Part shown: positions 19,769-28,775 of the stretch, one piece after another
Position numbering within the stretch: position 1 is the first letter of the stretch
Layout of the letters: every line of letters starts with the position of its first letter
Source of the DNA: Myxococcota bacterium
GTDB taxonomy: Bacteria > Myxococcota_C > UBA6777
Direction of reading: 5' to 3'
Assembly: GCA_023150835.1 (NCBI GenBank)
Contig: JAKLKB010000048.1
Location: 1 to 43,348 of the forward strand
Length of the DNA: 43,348 bases
Program-made: the position numbers and the translations under genes
The notes under the pieces: generated by a model
What the model was told of the DNA's origin: nothing
Database searches by the model: none
The model's input: the letters and a program-made list of their open reading frames with translations, nothing else

Positions 19769-20470
19769 TTAATCGGAGTCGAGTTGGGAGAAGCGTTCGA
19801 TATCTTCGATGGTGCCGATGCAGAGGAGGATGTCGCGATCTTGGATCACGTCGGTGGGGGCGGGGTTGTGGTCGACGTATTCGTGGAAGTCTTCGGAGCC
19901 ATCGGGATGGAAGCGTCGTGTGCGTCGTTTGATGCCGAGGATATTGAGTCCGTAGAGTTTGCGGATGTTGGCTTGTGCGAGGGTTTTTCCGTTAAAGCGT
20001 CGGGGGGCGGTGATCTCGGAGAGGGAGTAGCCGTCGCTGGAGAGTTGGATCAAGTCGAGGATGGCGGGTCGTGCGATGCGTTGGGCCATACGTGCAGCGA
20101 GATCGCTTTCGGGGTTAACGACTTCGTGAGCGCCGACGAGACGGAGGATTTGGGCGTGGAGATCGCTGGTTGCGCGGGCGATGATATGAGGGACTTTGAG
20201 GCGTGCGATCAAGGCGGTGGTGAGGATGGAACTTTCGACGGACTCGGCTCCGATGGTGATGACGACGGCATCGAGGTCTTGGATGGAAAGGGAGCGAAGG
20301 TTGTCTTCGTCGGTGGCATCGGTGCAGACGGCGCTGGTGACGGAGAGTTTGATGCGTTCGACGATCTTGGGATCGCGGTCGATGGCGACCACTTCGGCCC
20401 CCCGATCATGGAGTGCTTGGGCGACGTGAAAGCCAAAACGTCCGAGACCGATCACAGCAAAGCGGCGCAA
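19769..20470 (-). CDS. ktrA: K+ uptake NAD-binding RCK subunit (KtrA/TrkA family)
   Basis: FAVIGLGRFG Rossmann motif; TrkA-C region NIRKLYGLNILGIKR. TTG start with GGAG RBS. Confidence 0.9.
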   Translation of the reverse strand: MRRFAVIGLGRFGFHVAQALHDRGAEVVAIDRDPKIVERIKLSVTSAVCTDATDEDNLRSLSIQDLDAVVITIGAESVESSILTTALIARLKVPHIIARATSDLHAQILRLVGAHEVVNPESDLAARMAQRIARPAILDLIQLSSDGYSLSEITAPRRFNGKTLAQANIRKLYGLNILGIKRRTRRFHPDGSEDFHEYVDHNPAPTDVIQDRDILLCIGTIEDIERFSQLDSD

Positions 20471-20572
20471 GGTGGACTCCTAATTGAAAGAGGGTGATCG
20501 ATGCGGAGAATCCATATCGATCGAGCGTGTTGTGGAAAACGTCGGATGTTTCGAGATCGAGCGTGTCACTTT

Positions 20573-22309
20573 CTATCCGACGTAGATCCGTTCTTCGGGG
20601 TATTGGTAGCGGCCAGCGGTTGGCGTGGAAGAGATGGCAAAGGCCACGGTGAGGGGGCCAAGGCGACCGAGGAACATCAGGAGAACGATGCAGATCTGGC
20701 CGAAAGAATCGAGGGCCGAAGTGGTGGCGACGCCTGCTTTGTTGGCGGTGGTGAGTCCGACGGTACCGATCGCGGAGGTGACTTCAAACAGGACGAAAGA
20801 AAAGGGCAGTTTTTGTGTTGCGAGCAACAAAAAGGAGAAGACAAAAAAGATCACGGTAAAGACGGTGATCATGCCCGTTGCGCGGGCGAGGTTGTCTCGG
20901 GTGAGTGTGCGTCCAAAGATCTCGACATCTTCGCGTCCGCGCAGGATGCTACGGAGCATCAGGCCAAGGATCGCGATGGTGTTGAGTTTGATTCCGCCGG
21001 CTGTTCCGCCCGATGCGCCGCCCACAAACATGGCGAACATCATCAGCAACAGAGTGGCGGGCGTGAGCAGGGAAAAGTCGACGGTGTTGAATCCAGCGGT
21101 GCGCAGCGTGACCGATTGAAAGAGTGCGGCTTGGATCTTGTAGAAAAAGCCCAAGGAACCGAGGCTATGGCGGTATTCGAACGCGAAGAAAAGCACCGCG
21201 ACGCTGATGACAAAGAAAGCTTGGAGCAGAAAGACGATCTTGGTATTGAGGGGCAGGGTGCGGACAAAAAGTCGGAGTGCCCAACGATAGCCTTGTTGTT
21301 TGGCGCGTTTGCCGATCTGTTGCAGGCGCTCTTTCTCAAAAAGGCTGGCCAGTACAGGAAAGCCCATCCCACCGAGCAAGATCAAGCCCATGACGGTAAA
21401 GTTGACGAGGACATCTTTTTGATAGGGGACGAGGCTTTGGGAGTGTAGGGCGAATCCAGCGTTGCAGAATGCAGAGATCGCATGAAAGATGGCTTGATAG
21501 GCCGTTTGCCACGGATCGACGGTGGGTTTGTGCCACGCGATAAAAAGCAAAAGCGCGCCGATGCCTTCGATGATCACGGTGGAGAAGACGATAAAGCGCA
21601 AAAGCCCAAGGAGTTTGTTGCTTTGTTGTTCATCAAGGATCGCGGAGATCGCGTTGCGAGAGCGCAGTCCAAGGCGCTGGCCCATAAACCACAGCAGAAA
21701 GCTGGAAAAGGTGATGATCCCAAGACCACCGATCTGGATCATCACCAAGATCACACACTGACCAAAGAAGGTGAAATCAGCCCCTGTGTCTTTGACCGCG
21801 AGGCCCGTCACGCAAGTTGCGGAAGTTGCGGTGAATAGGGCCGTTAGGAAGGTGTGGGGCTTGTTCGGGCTAGAGGGCGGCAGCATCAACAGAAACGTGC
21901 CAAGCAGGATCAAACAAGCAAAGCTCAGAACCAGCAACAACGCAGGCCGCTGCAAGAGTCCATCCCATAGATGCCGAAAATACTTGTCGTGGTAGATGTT
22001 TTCGCCAAAAATGATCGCGCCAAAGCAAAGCAACAGCCCGATAAAAGCGAAACTTTGGAGCAAGAGCGGTGGCCCGATCAAGAACAGAACGATCTCGATG
22101 GCGTGGCGTCGAAACCATGCGAAAGTTTGGTAGTTTCGTTCAAACAAACGCAACAGCACGATGCCTGCGAGTCCATAAGAAACAAACACAAGAGACAAGG
22201 ACAGGCCGACCAACCACCAAGGGGGACGAGGCGCACGCATGGTTTCAAACAGGGGCAGGAGGCTACAAAGCCACAATATACCTTGCCAGCGTTCAACAGT
22301 CTTCGGCAT
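20573..22309 (-). CDS. ktrB: K+ uptake membrane subunit (KtrB/TrkH family) with extra N-terminal TM segments
   Basis: Four pore motifs ATCVTGL, AFCNAGF, LRTAGF and IGTVGL; GGTAGGIK; MFLGRLGPLT. Confidence 0.92.
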   Translation of the reverse strand: MPKTVERWQGILWLCSLLPLFETMRAPRPPWWLVGLSLSLVFVSYGLAGIVLLRLFERNYQTFAWFRRHAIEIVLFLIGPPLLLQSFAFIGLLLCFGAIIFGENIYHDKYFRHLWDGLLQRPALLLVLSFACLILLGTFLLMLPPSSPNKPHTFLTALFTATSATCVTGLAVKDTGADFTFFGQCVILVMIQIGGLGIITFSSFLLWFMGQRLGLRSRNAISAILDEQQSNKLLGLLRFIVFSTVIIEGIGALLLFIAWHKPTVDPWQTAYQAIFHAISAFCNAGFALHSQSLVPYQKDVLVNFTVMGLILLGGMGFPVLASLFEKERLQQIGKRAKQQGYRWALRLFVRTLPLNTKIVFLLQAFFVISVAVLFFAFEYRHSLGSLGFFYKIQAALFQSVTLRTAGFNTVDFSLLTPATLLLMMFAMFVGGASGGTAGGIKLNTIAILGLMLRSILRGREDVEIFGRTLTRDNLARATGMITVFTVIFFVFSFLLLATQKLPFSFVLFEVTSAIGTVGLTTANKAGVATTSALDSFGQICIVLLMFLGRLGPLTVAFAISSTPTAGRYQYPEERIYVG

Positions 22310-22513
22310 GGAGCGTTCCTTTGTGCGCGGGTCGATCGGCTTCTCGGCACGTTTTCGGTACGTTTCGATCAGCCCGAAGCAGGCAGCCCACGCACACGAT
22401 CAAAAGGGGCGGTGTGGGGATATAGCGGAGTGCTCTTGTTTGTGCAAGAGGGGTACGCGGAGAGACCAAAAGGCTTTGGGCAGTACAGCTTTTTTGCGAC
22501 AATTCTTTTTAGA

Positions 22514-22704
22514 TAGGACTTACGCAGTTGCCAAAAAAACCGCGTTTGCAACACCTCAAGCGAGAGGGTCGTTGTCTTGAAAAACCGTCGATCTCTTCGC
22601 CAATACGGGATCAAGGGGGCGGCGGCCCCTTGCGGGGTGTGGGGTTCCAACCCCACAAAATAAACCCAAAGGCATCAGTCTTCTCTCGAATGCAGCGAAG
22701 TCCT
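22514..22704 (-). mobile_element. Small dispersed element family B, copy 2, with inverted termini (AGGACTT ... AAGTCCT)
   Basis: Reverse complement reads GTGGGGTTGGAACCCCACACCCCGCAAGGGG...CCCCTTGATCCCG...CTTGAG...AAACGCGGTTTTTTT...TGCGTAAGTCCTA. Confidence 0.75.
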
Positions 22705-22794
22705 TGACTCTTTTCGTGATCCCACCTAAAAGGGCGCAAAGATGCGTGGTGCCGTTCGCGTGTCGGAGGGATTCAATAAAGTAGGGAAGGTCTC

Positions 22795-24468
22795 ATGTCA
22801 GAAAGAATACGATGGAAACAAGGTCTCGTGCGTGTTGCTTATGTGGTGCTGTTGGGGGCGATGTTTTTTGCGGGCGGCTGTAGCTGCAATGAAAAGCCGG
22901 GGATAGGCAACGGATGCCAGTCATGCCCGATTCCTGAGCGTTGCGTGCAAGAGGGCAGCAAGTTTGAGTGCGTGGCTTGCGTGACGGATCAGCATTGTCG
23001 TGATGGTGGAAGCTCGACGAAAAAGTGTTTGAAAAATCGCTGCATCTGTGGGGGGGATACAGACTGTCCGACGGGACAACGATGCGCTGGAGAACGCGGA
23101 TGCCTCGAATGTATCGATGACAAAGATTGTGCGGCATTTGCAGAAAAGCCCGTTTGTGCGCCAGATGGCCGTTGTGCAGCTTGTCGTTTTGGCTCAACAC
23201 GCGCTTGTGTGCCCGAAGGCAAAGAAGACACCGTCTGTCAAAAGGGGGTGCAAAAGTGCGGAGCAAACCTATTGTGGGGCTTTTGTGAAGGCTGGAAAGA
23301 TTGCAACAAATGCGCAAGTCCTGCGGTTTGCCTTGCGGGGGATATCCGCTGCTCGACAGGCCCCGAAGAGATGCCCGGGAAATACTACGAGTGCGTGCTT
23401 GACAAAGACGACTGCCCGACGTGGAGCAGCGCGGTCAAAAGTTGCCCCGGTACAGACAAATGCCAAAACAACAAATGTATCCCCGAACGTTGTAAAGCCG
23501 CAGAATGTCCGCTCGGAAACAAACGCTGCGGCAGTGATGGAAAAAGCCTCGAAACCTGCGGGCGCAACCAAGACGGTTGTATCGTCTGGCTCGCTCCCGA
23601 AGCTTGCCCAAACAACAACGCTTGCGAAAACAACCGGTGCAAGGACGAAAATTGCAAACCTGCAAACGAGACTTGCAACGGAAAAGACGACAACTGCGAC
23701 GGAAAGATCGACGAGACCTTTGCGGATCTAGGCCAAACCTGCGAAGTCGGCAAGGGCGTTTGCAAACAAACTGGGAAGAAAGTATGCACCGCAGACGGCC
23801 AATCCACCGAGTGTAACGCAAAGGCAGCCACAGGTGGACCCGAGCAATGTAACGGCCAAGACGATGATTGCGACGGGCAGATCGACAACGGGGCGACGTG
23901 CCCCGACGGAAAACCCTGCAACAACGGCGTTTGTGGAACACCAGAGCCGGGATGTGCAGATGGCACGCGTGAACTGTTTACGAATATGGCGAAGTATCCG
24001 ACCATTGCGGGATGTGCGGGATTTTATCGCGGAGAGAGCTTGCGTTTGGCTCGCCAAGGCCAAAACTGCGGTGCGACCTCTAGCCAAGAATGCAAGGCTG
24101 CCGAAGATCTTTGCGCTGCGGGCTGGCATATCTGTATGAAAAACGGCGACCCAAGCGATATGAAGAATCGTGTCACAGGGCCGGATTGTGCGAGCGATGG
24201 GGCAGGTCTGTTTGTTGCGGCATCGAGCCACTGCGTCACTTCGCAGCCTGCTTGCTCCTATGGGGCGAGCGGATTACCTTGCACCCAAGGCGGCCCTTGT
24301 TCCGAGCCGATCTGCTGCGGAAAAGACTGTCAGTTTGGTCTTTGCAAAGATGCTGTGTGGGCCAACGAAACGCGCTGCGCACGCCCGCAAACTTTTATCG
24401 GTTGTGGGAACGCCAACTCCTTTCATGGAACCCCGCTGATTACAGGCGTTCTTTGCTGCAAAGACTGA
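22795..24468 (+). CDS. Cys-rich exported (lipo)protein with myxobacterial putative metal-binding repeats
   Basis: Signal ending FAGGC; very Cys-rich; two ETCNGKDDNCDGKIDE / EQCNGQDDDCDGQID motifs. Confidence 0.82.
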   Translation: MSERIRWKQGLVRVAYVVLLGAMFFAGGCSCNEKPGIGNGCQSCPIPERCVQEGSKFECVACVTDQHCRDGGSSTKKCLKNRCICGGDTDCPTGQRCAGERGCLECIDDKDCAAFAEKPVCAPDGRCAACRFGSTRACVPEGKEDTVCQKGVQKCGANLLWGFCEGWKDCNKCASPAVCLAGDIRCSTGPEEMPGKYYECVLDKDDCPTWSSAVKSCPGTDKCQNNKCIPERCKAAECPLGNKRCGSDGKSLETCGRNQDGCIVWLAPEACPNNNACENNRCKDENCKPANETCNGKDDNCDGKIDETFADLGQTCEVGKGVCKQTGKKVCTADGQSTECNAKAATGGPEQCNGQDDDCDGQIDNGATCPDGKPCNNGVCGTPEPGCADGTRELFTNMAKYPTIAGCAGFYRGESLRLARQGQNCGATSSQECKAAEDLCAAGWHICMKNGDPSDMKNRVTGPDCASDGAGLFVAASSHCVTSQPACSYGASGLPCTQGGPCSEPICCGKDCQFGLCKDAVWANETRCARPQTFIGCGNANSFHGTPLITGVLCCKD

Positions 24469-24532
24469 GCGCCCCACGCCGCATCGAGGTACACACGGAG
24501 CCAACCCAAAGCTCGTCGCATCGAGGTACACC

Positions 24533-25933
24533 TTGAGCCTGCCCAAAGATATCGGCCCGTATCGGATCGAGCGCATCGCAAGTGAAAGTTGGGCAGGCCC
24601 CATGTTTGGGGGGATCGAACTCGCGACACAACAGCCCATCTTCTGTCTTTCCCTTCACGCCGACCAATTTTCTTGGCTCTCGCCCGCTCATTGGAGCCAG
24701 TTTCGCCAAAGCCTCGAAGGATCGCGCCTTCTCAATCATCCCAACATCCTTGCGTCTTACGATATCTTCCATCACACCGAGCGTCATCTGCGGATCTTTT
24801 ACAAAGCCCCCAAGCCCTCTACCCGTAGGCCCGAAACACTACATGAACTCTTGCTTGCGCGAACCCAAGAGCGCCTTACAGAACGCGATGCACTCGCAGC
24901 TTTCGAGCAGATCGTTGTCGCCCTTGCAAGCATCCACGTACAAGGCCATCGCATGGGCCTTCTTCCTCCCGATCTGTTTTGGCTCGATTGGAGCAAACAA
25001 CCCCTGCGTCTGCGATTGTCGCATTACGGCTTGCAATCTCTTTTGCGCGGTGCGCGTTGGCACGAGCTCCCATACGCCGACCATCTGCTCCATTACGTCG
25101 CTCCCGATCTTTGTCGTGACCCCGATCAACCCATCCAGATCCACCATGATCTTTACGCTGCGGGCGCTTTGCTTTGGCGCATCTTGACCGGAAAGCCCCT
25201 TCTTTCCGCCCAACAACAATCCTTCTCCCCCGAAGACCTCTTTTGGCACGAAGATCTCCCTCCTCTTCAGCCTGTCACACTTCAACTCTTTGAACGCCTT
25301 TTGCATCCACTCCCCAAAAAACGCTACCAAAACAGCCACACTCTTTCTGCTTGGCTCGCGGGTCAAGATTGGGTCCAGCTTCCCAGCCCACACGATCCCT
25401 CTCAACACGAGCTACATCGGGCTGCAGGCACTCTTTCTTATGCCAGTATCCCGATCGAATCACTCTCCCATCTGCCCCCTCACCCCGTCCATCCGCCCAA
25501 ACAAGAGATCCCTGCGATCCAGCCCGCTGTTTGGGATCTCTTTCTTTCCTCTGAAAAACAACAACACCGCACCGAAGATCTTCTCTCTCCTTTTCCACAA
25601 GTCCAGATCTCCCTCCAAGATCCGATCTCATCCAACGAAACGCCTGCAACCGATCATCTGATGACGCCTTTTACTCCGCCTGAACCACAACACACCCCCT
25701 TTACTCCGCCTTCTTTACAGACCATCCATCCCCCCACAGAATCGCTTGACAACCATCTTGATGCTTTTCTTTCCCACCACGATATCCCCTCGCAGATCCC
25801 CGAAGCATGGGAACAAGAAGCTCTCGCTTACGATCGCACGCTGGAACGACGGCCTCGGCGATCTCCCTTTCGTTTTCTTTGGTGGCTGCTCGCTGTCTTG
25901 CTTGGATGGCTGCTCTGGCGTGCTTGTTTTTAA
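24533..25933 (+). CDS. Degenerate protein-kinase-fold protein (probable pseudokinase) with C-terminal TM anchor
   Basis: Kinase scaffold residues retained (LNHPNIL, YVAPD, DLYAAGALLWRILTG, P.KRY), but the Gly-loop, VAIK Lys, HRD and DFG are replaced. Confidence 0.7.
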   Translation: MSLPKDIGPYRIERIASESWAGPMFGGIELATQQPIFCLSLHADQFSWLSPAHWSQFRQSLEGSRLLNHPNILASYDIFHHTERHLRIFYKAPKPSTRRPETLHELLLARTQERLTERDALAAFEQIVVALASIHVQGHRMGLLPPDLFWLDWSKQPLRLRLSHYGLQSLLRGARWHELPYADHLLHYVAPDLCRDPDQPIQIHHDLYAAGALLWRILTGKPLLSAQQQSFSPEDLFWHEDLPPLQPVTLQLFERLLHPLPKKRYQNSHTLSAWLAGQDWVQLPSPHDPSQHELHRAAGTLSYASIPIESLSHLPPHPVHPPKQEIPAIQPAVWDLFLSSEKQQHRTEDLLSPFPQVQISLQDPISSNETPATDHLMTPFTPPEPQHTPFTPPSLQTIHPPTESLDNHLDAFLSHHDIPSQIPEAWEQEALAYDRTLERRPRRSPFRFLWWLLAVLLGWLLWRACF

Positions 25934-26037
25934 AACGCCCGACTCTCCGCTGTTTTCTCTCCACACCAAAACGCCCTATCTACCGCCTTTTTTTCACTTC
26001 GATATCCCTGAACCTGCGCTGCCCTCACCACGACAAA

Positions 26038-26066
26038 TTGCCATCTCGCAACGGCTGTGGCATAGT
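26038..26066 (+). promoter_or_regulatory. Sigma70-like promoter candidate
   Basis: TTGCCA-N17-CATAGT with an extended -10 TG, upstream of ATG 26123. Confidence 0.35.
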
Positions 26067-26122
26067 CGCCCTCACGACGTCGCCCTGAAACGCTTGCTTT
26101 TGTTCTCCACGAGAGGTTGCGT

Positions 26123-28651
26123 ATGTCTCAGTTCAAAGCACTTCTTCTCTTTCTCATCGCCGCTGGACTTGCCGCGCTGCTTTGGTTGCAAGAACAGCCT
26201 TCCGCCTTGCAAAAACAACAACTCGAACAGCTTCAATCGTTGCTGAAAAAACATACCGAATTTCACCGACAGATCGGCGATTTTTACGGACAGCTTCGTG
26301 CGAACTTGAAACGCACCGCAGCACATCCAAGCATCCTTGGCCCTCTCGGCATCGCCGCAGAGTCCGATCGGCGCAGCCGCGATCTGGAACGCGCCCATCA
26401 ATCCATCCAAAAAACCTTCCCCTTCAAAAAAAGGTACGCGCAAGGCCAGCGTCTTTACGTCTTTACCAAAGATTACCGCCTCTTGATGCGCTCCGATCGC
26501 GACGTCGAATTAGAAGACGCAGCCCATCCCCTCAGTCAACTTCCCTTCGTCCAACTCGCAGAACAAGATCCTGCCGGGACGTGGAAGATCGACGGGCAAG
26601 ATGTGTTTGTGATCAGTCTCCCTGTTCGCAAAGACAAGCAAGTCCTCGGGATCTTGATGCACACGATCCCGATCAACGCTGATATCTTCTTTGACTTGGG
26701 CTTTACAGCCTTGAAACGCAAAGAAACACCTCTGTTTTTCTTCGGAGATTCCGGCATCCTCGCCAACGGCACACCCACCGAGTCCGCAGGAGCGCTGCGC
26801 AATTGGTTTACTGGCGAACAATCCCGCCTCCTTGCCGATCTGAAAGCCGCTCCGCTCTATCAACCCAAAGGCCCCACCCATCAAGATCGAACCATCCCTT
26901 ACGCGCTTAGCCGTTTTCCCGGCGAGATCAACCACCCGCAGATCGGGTATGTGCTCTTTGTTCCACCCAACCCAACACTCTCCAACCAAAGCAAGTTCTT
27001 TGGCCTTGATCTGATCCTTTTGCTCGGCCTCTCTGTGGGCTTTGCGTTTCTCCTTTGGATCTGGCTGAGTCTCGGTCTCTTTCTTCAAAAACGCCGTCTA
27101 CTCGAAGCTTTCCACTACGTCGCCAACAACCCCAGCCAGCCTGTCAAAGAAGCCCGATTCCCCAGCGCCTTTCGTCGTGGAGCCGAAAGCCTACAATCAC
27201 TTCTTGAAAAACATCAACGCCTTCAAAAGGAGCTGCAACAAGCCCAAGCTGCCGCTCAACAAGCTCAATCGACTGCTCAACAAGCTCAAGCCGCCGCTCA
27301 ACAAGCTCAAGCCGCCGCTCAACAAGCTCAAGCCGCCGCTCAACAAGCCCAACCTGCCGCTCAAGCCGCCCCCCTCAAGGAAAAGGGTATCCCACAGCCT
27401 TTTTCGAACAACGCTCCTCCCAAGATTTCTCCCGTTGTACCCGGCCAAGTCAGCTTTGCACCCACCCTCTCCCAAAACCCCGCTGCATCGGCCCACATCC
27501 CAGTCACAACTCAAAACCCCGCTGCATCGGTCCCCATCTCAGCCACAACTCAAAACCCCGCTGCATCGGCCCCCATCTCAGCCACAACTCAAAACCCCGC
27601 TGCATCGGTCCCCATCTCAGCCACAACTCAAAACCCCGCTGCATCGGCTCCCATCTCAGCCACAACTCAAAACCCCGCTGCATCGGCACCCGTCCCAGCC
27701 ACAACTCAAAACCCCGCTGCATCGGCACCCATCTCAGCCACAACTCAAAGCCCCGCTGCATCGGCACCCATCTCAGTCGCAACTCAAAACCCCGCTGCAT
27801 CGGCTCCCATCCCCGTTTCATCGGCCCAAATATCCGCTACTTCGACTGTGTCAGCACCCGAATCTGTGTCGAAGCAAAGCGTCCCCTCGATCTCTTCGCA
27901 AGGTTCATCATCGCCCGCGATGCAGACCGCTGCTTCTTCCAAAAAGGCTGAACCTGTTGGCTTGTCTGTCGCGCCAAACGGTGCGGCGGCTGCGGTGGTT
28001 TCGCAATCTTCTGAACTGACGCTGAATCCAGCCTCCAAAGTCGCCGCCCAAAGCGCACTTGATAGTCTTTCATTCATGGACACTTCGTTAATGGATGCCA
28101 CCTCTTCGCTTGATGGCGCTCTTGATTCAGTCTTTCCCGGTCTTCAAGACAACTTTTTGCCGATGACACCGCTCTCTCCTACACCCAAGGCCGCGCCCAT
28201 CGAGGCCCCCAAAGCCGCGCCCATCGAGGCCCCCAAAGCCGATAGCACCATCCAATTGAATATGCGATCTGCGGATGCTGGCGCGACGATGGCTTACAGC
28301 AGCATGACCGAAGAAGAAGCCCAACACGTCTTGAAAAACATTCGCGGACCCCAACCCGAAGCGGAGGCTGCAGGCCCACAACACCCGCTTACACCCGCCC
28401 CATCCACCGAAGACACCGCACAAGGCATCATCCCCAACGACGACGTAGCGCTTCAAAAGATCTTTCAGTCCTATCTTGATCTACGCAAACGATGTGGCGA
28501 ATCTATCGAGGGTTTGGCTCTGGATAGTTTTTCCGCCAAGCTTCAAAAACAACGCCAAGGCATCATCCAACAGTTTGGATGCAAAGACGTTCGCTTTTAT
28601 GTCTACGAAAAATCCGGGAAAGCCGCCCTCAAAGCAACGCCTGTCCAATAG
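26123..28651 (+). CDS. MXAN_5187-like membrane protein (two TMs flanking a periplasmic sensor-like domain, coiled coil, repeat linker, conserved C-terminal domain)
   Basis: C-terminus FQSYLDLRKRCGESIEGLALDSFSAKL..CKDVRFYVYEKSGKAALKATPV resembles the MXAN_5187 C-terminal domain. GAGAGG RBS. Confidence 0.8.
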   Translation: MSQFKALLLFLIAAGLAALLWLQEQPSALQKQQLEQLQSLLKKHTEFHRQIGDFYGQLRANLKRTAAHPSILGPLGIAAESDRRSRDLERAHQSIQKTFPFKKRYAQGQRLYVFTKDYRLLMRSDRDVELEDAAHPLSQLPFVQLAEQDPAGTWKIDGQDVFVISLPVRKDKQVLGILMHTIPINADIFFDLGFTALKRKETPLFFFGDSGILANGTPTESAGALRNWFTGEQSRLLADLKAAPLYQPKGPTHQDRTIPYALSRFPGEINHPQIGYVLFVPPNPTLSNQSKFFGLDLILLLGLSVGFAFLLWIWLSLGLFLQKRRLLEAFHYVANNPSQPVKEARFPSAFRRGAESLQSLLEKHQRLQKELQQAQAAAQQAQSTAQQAQAAAQQAQAAAQQAQAAAQQAQPAAQAAPLKEKGIPQPFSNNAPPKISPVVPGQVSFAPTLSQNPAASAHIPVTTQNPAASVPISATTQNPAASAPISATTQNPAASVPISATTQNPAASAPISATTQNPAASAPVPATTQNPAASAPISATTQSPAASAPISVATQNPAASAPIPVSSAQISATSTVSAPESVSKQSVPSISSQGSSSPAMQTAASSKKAEPVGLSVAPNGAAAAVVSQSSELTLNPASKVAAQSALDSLSFMDTSLMDATSSLDGALDSVFPGLQDNFLPMTPLSPTPKAAPIEAPKAAPIEAPKADSTIQLNMRSADAGATMAYSSMTEEEAQHVLKNIRGPQPEAEAAGPQHPLTPAPSTEDTAQGIIPNDDVALQKIFQSYLDLRKRCGESIEGLALDSFSAKLQKQRQGIIQQFGCKDVRFYVYEKSGKAALKATPVQ
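27236..27369 (+). repeat. In-frame 21-bp tandem repeat (QQAQAAA), about 6 copies
   Basis: caacaagctcaagccgccgct repeated. Confidence 0.9.
27470..27817 (+). repeat. In-frame 39-bp tandem repeat (TTQNPAASAPISA), 9 copies
   Basis: caaaaccccgctgcatcgg recurs every 39 nt from 27473 to 27785. Confidence 0.95.
28184..28240 (+). repeat. In-frame 24-bp tandem repeat (PKAAPIEA), about 2.4 copies
   Basis: cccaaggccgcgcccatcgaggcc cccaaagccgcgcccatcgaggcc cccaaagcc. Confidence 0.85.
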
Positions 28652-28656
28652 TTCGG

Positions 28657-28775
28657 GTGGAGCGTTGCCCCAAAACCCACAAGGGAGCTTTGCCCCCTTG
28701 ACCCCGTGCCGACGGGGCGAGCAGACGTTTTCCACACAAACCACACTGCCGTTTGAAGTGCCGAGAACACGGGGG
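28657..28775 (+). mobile_element. Small dispersed element family B, copy 3
   Basis: GTGGAGCGTTGCCCCAAAACCCACAAGGG...CCCCTTGACCCCGTG...TTTTCCACACA...TTTGAA...GAACACGGGG, starting 6 nt after the upstream stop codon. Confidence 0.7.

Noticed and set aside
22310..22513. c-di-AMP (ydaO) riboswitch upstream of ktrB
   Set aside because: Conserved ydaO motifs not seen; the structured sequence nearby is the family B repeat.
27470..27817. 39-bp periodic array as a CRISPR array
   Set aside because: Units are contiguous with no unique spacers, the period is a multiple of 3 inside a long ORF, and no cas genes are present.
28476..28697. ORF-track N-terminal extension of the Cys-rich protein
   Set aside because: Overlaps the conserved C-terminal domain of the upstream gene by about 175 nt and would bury the signal peptide.
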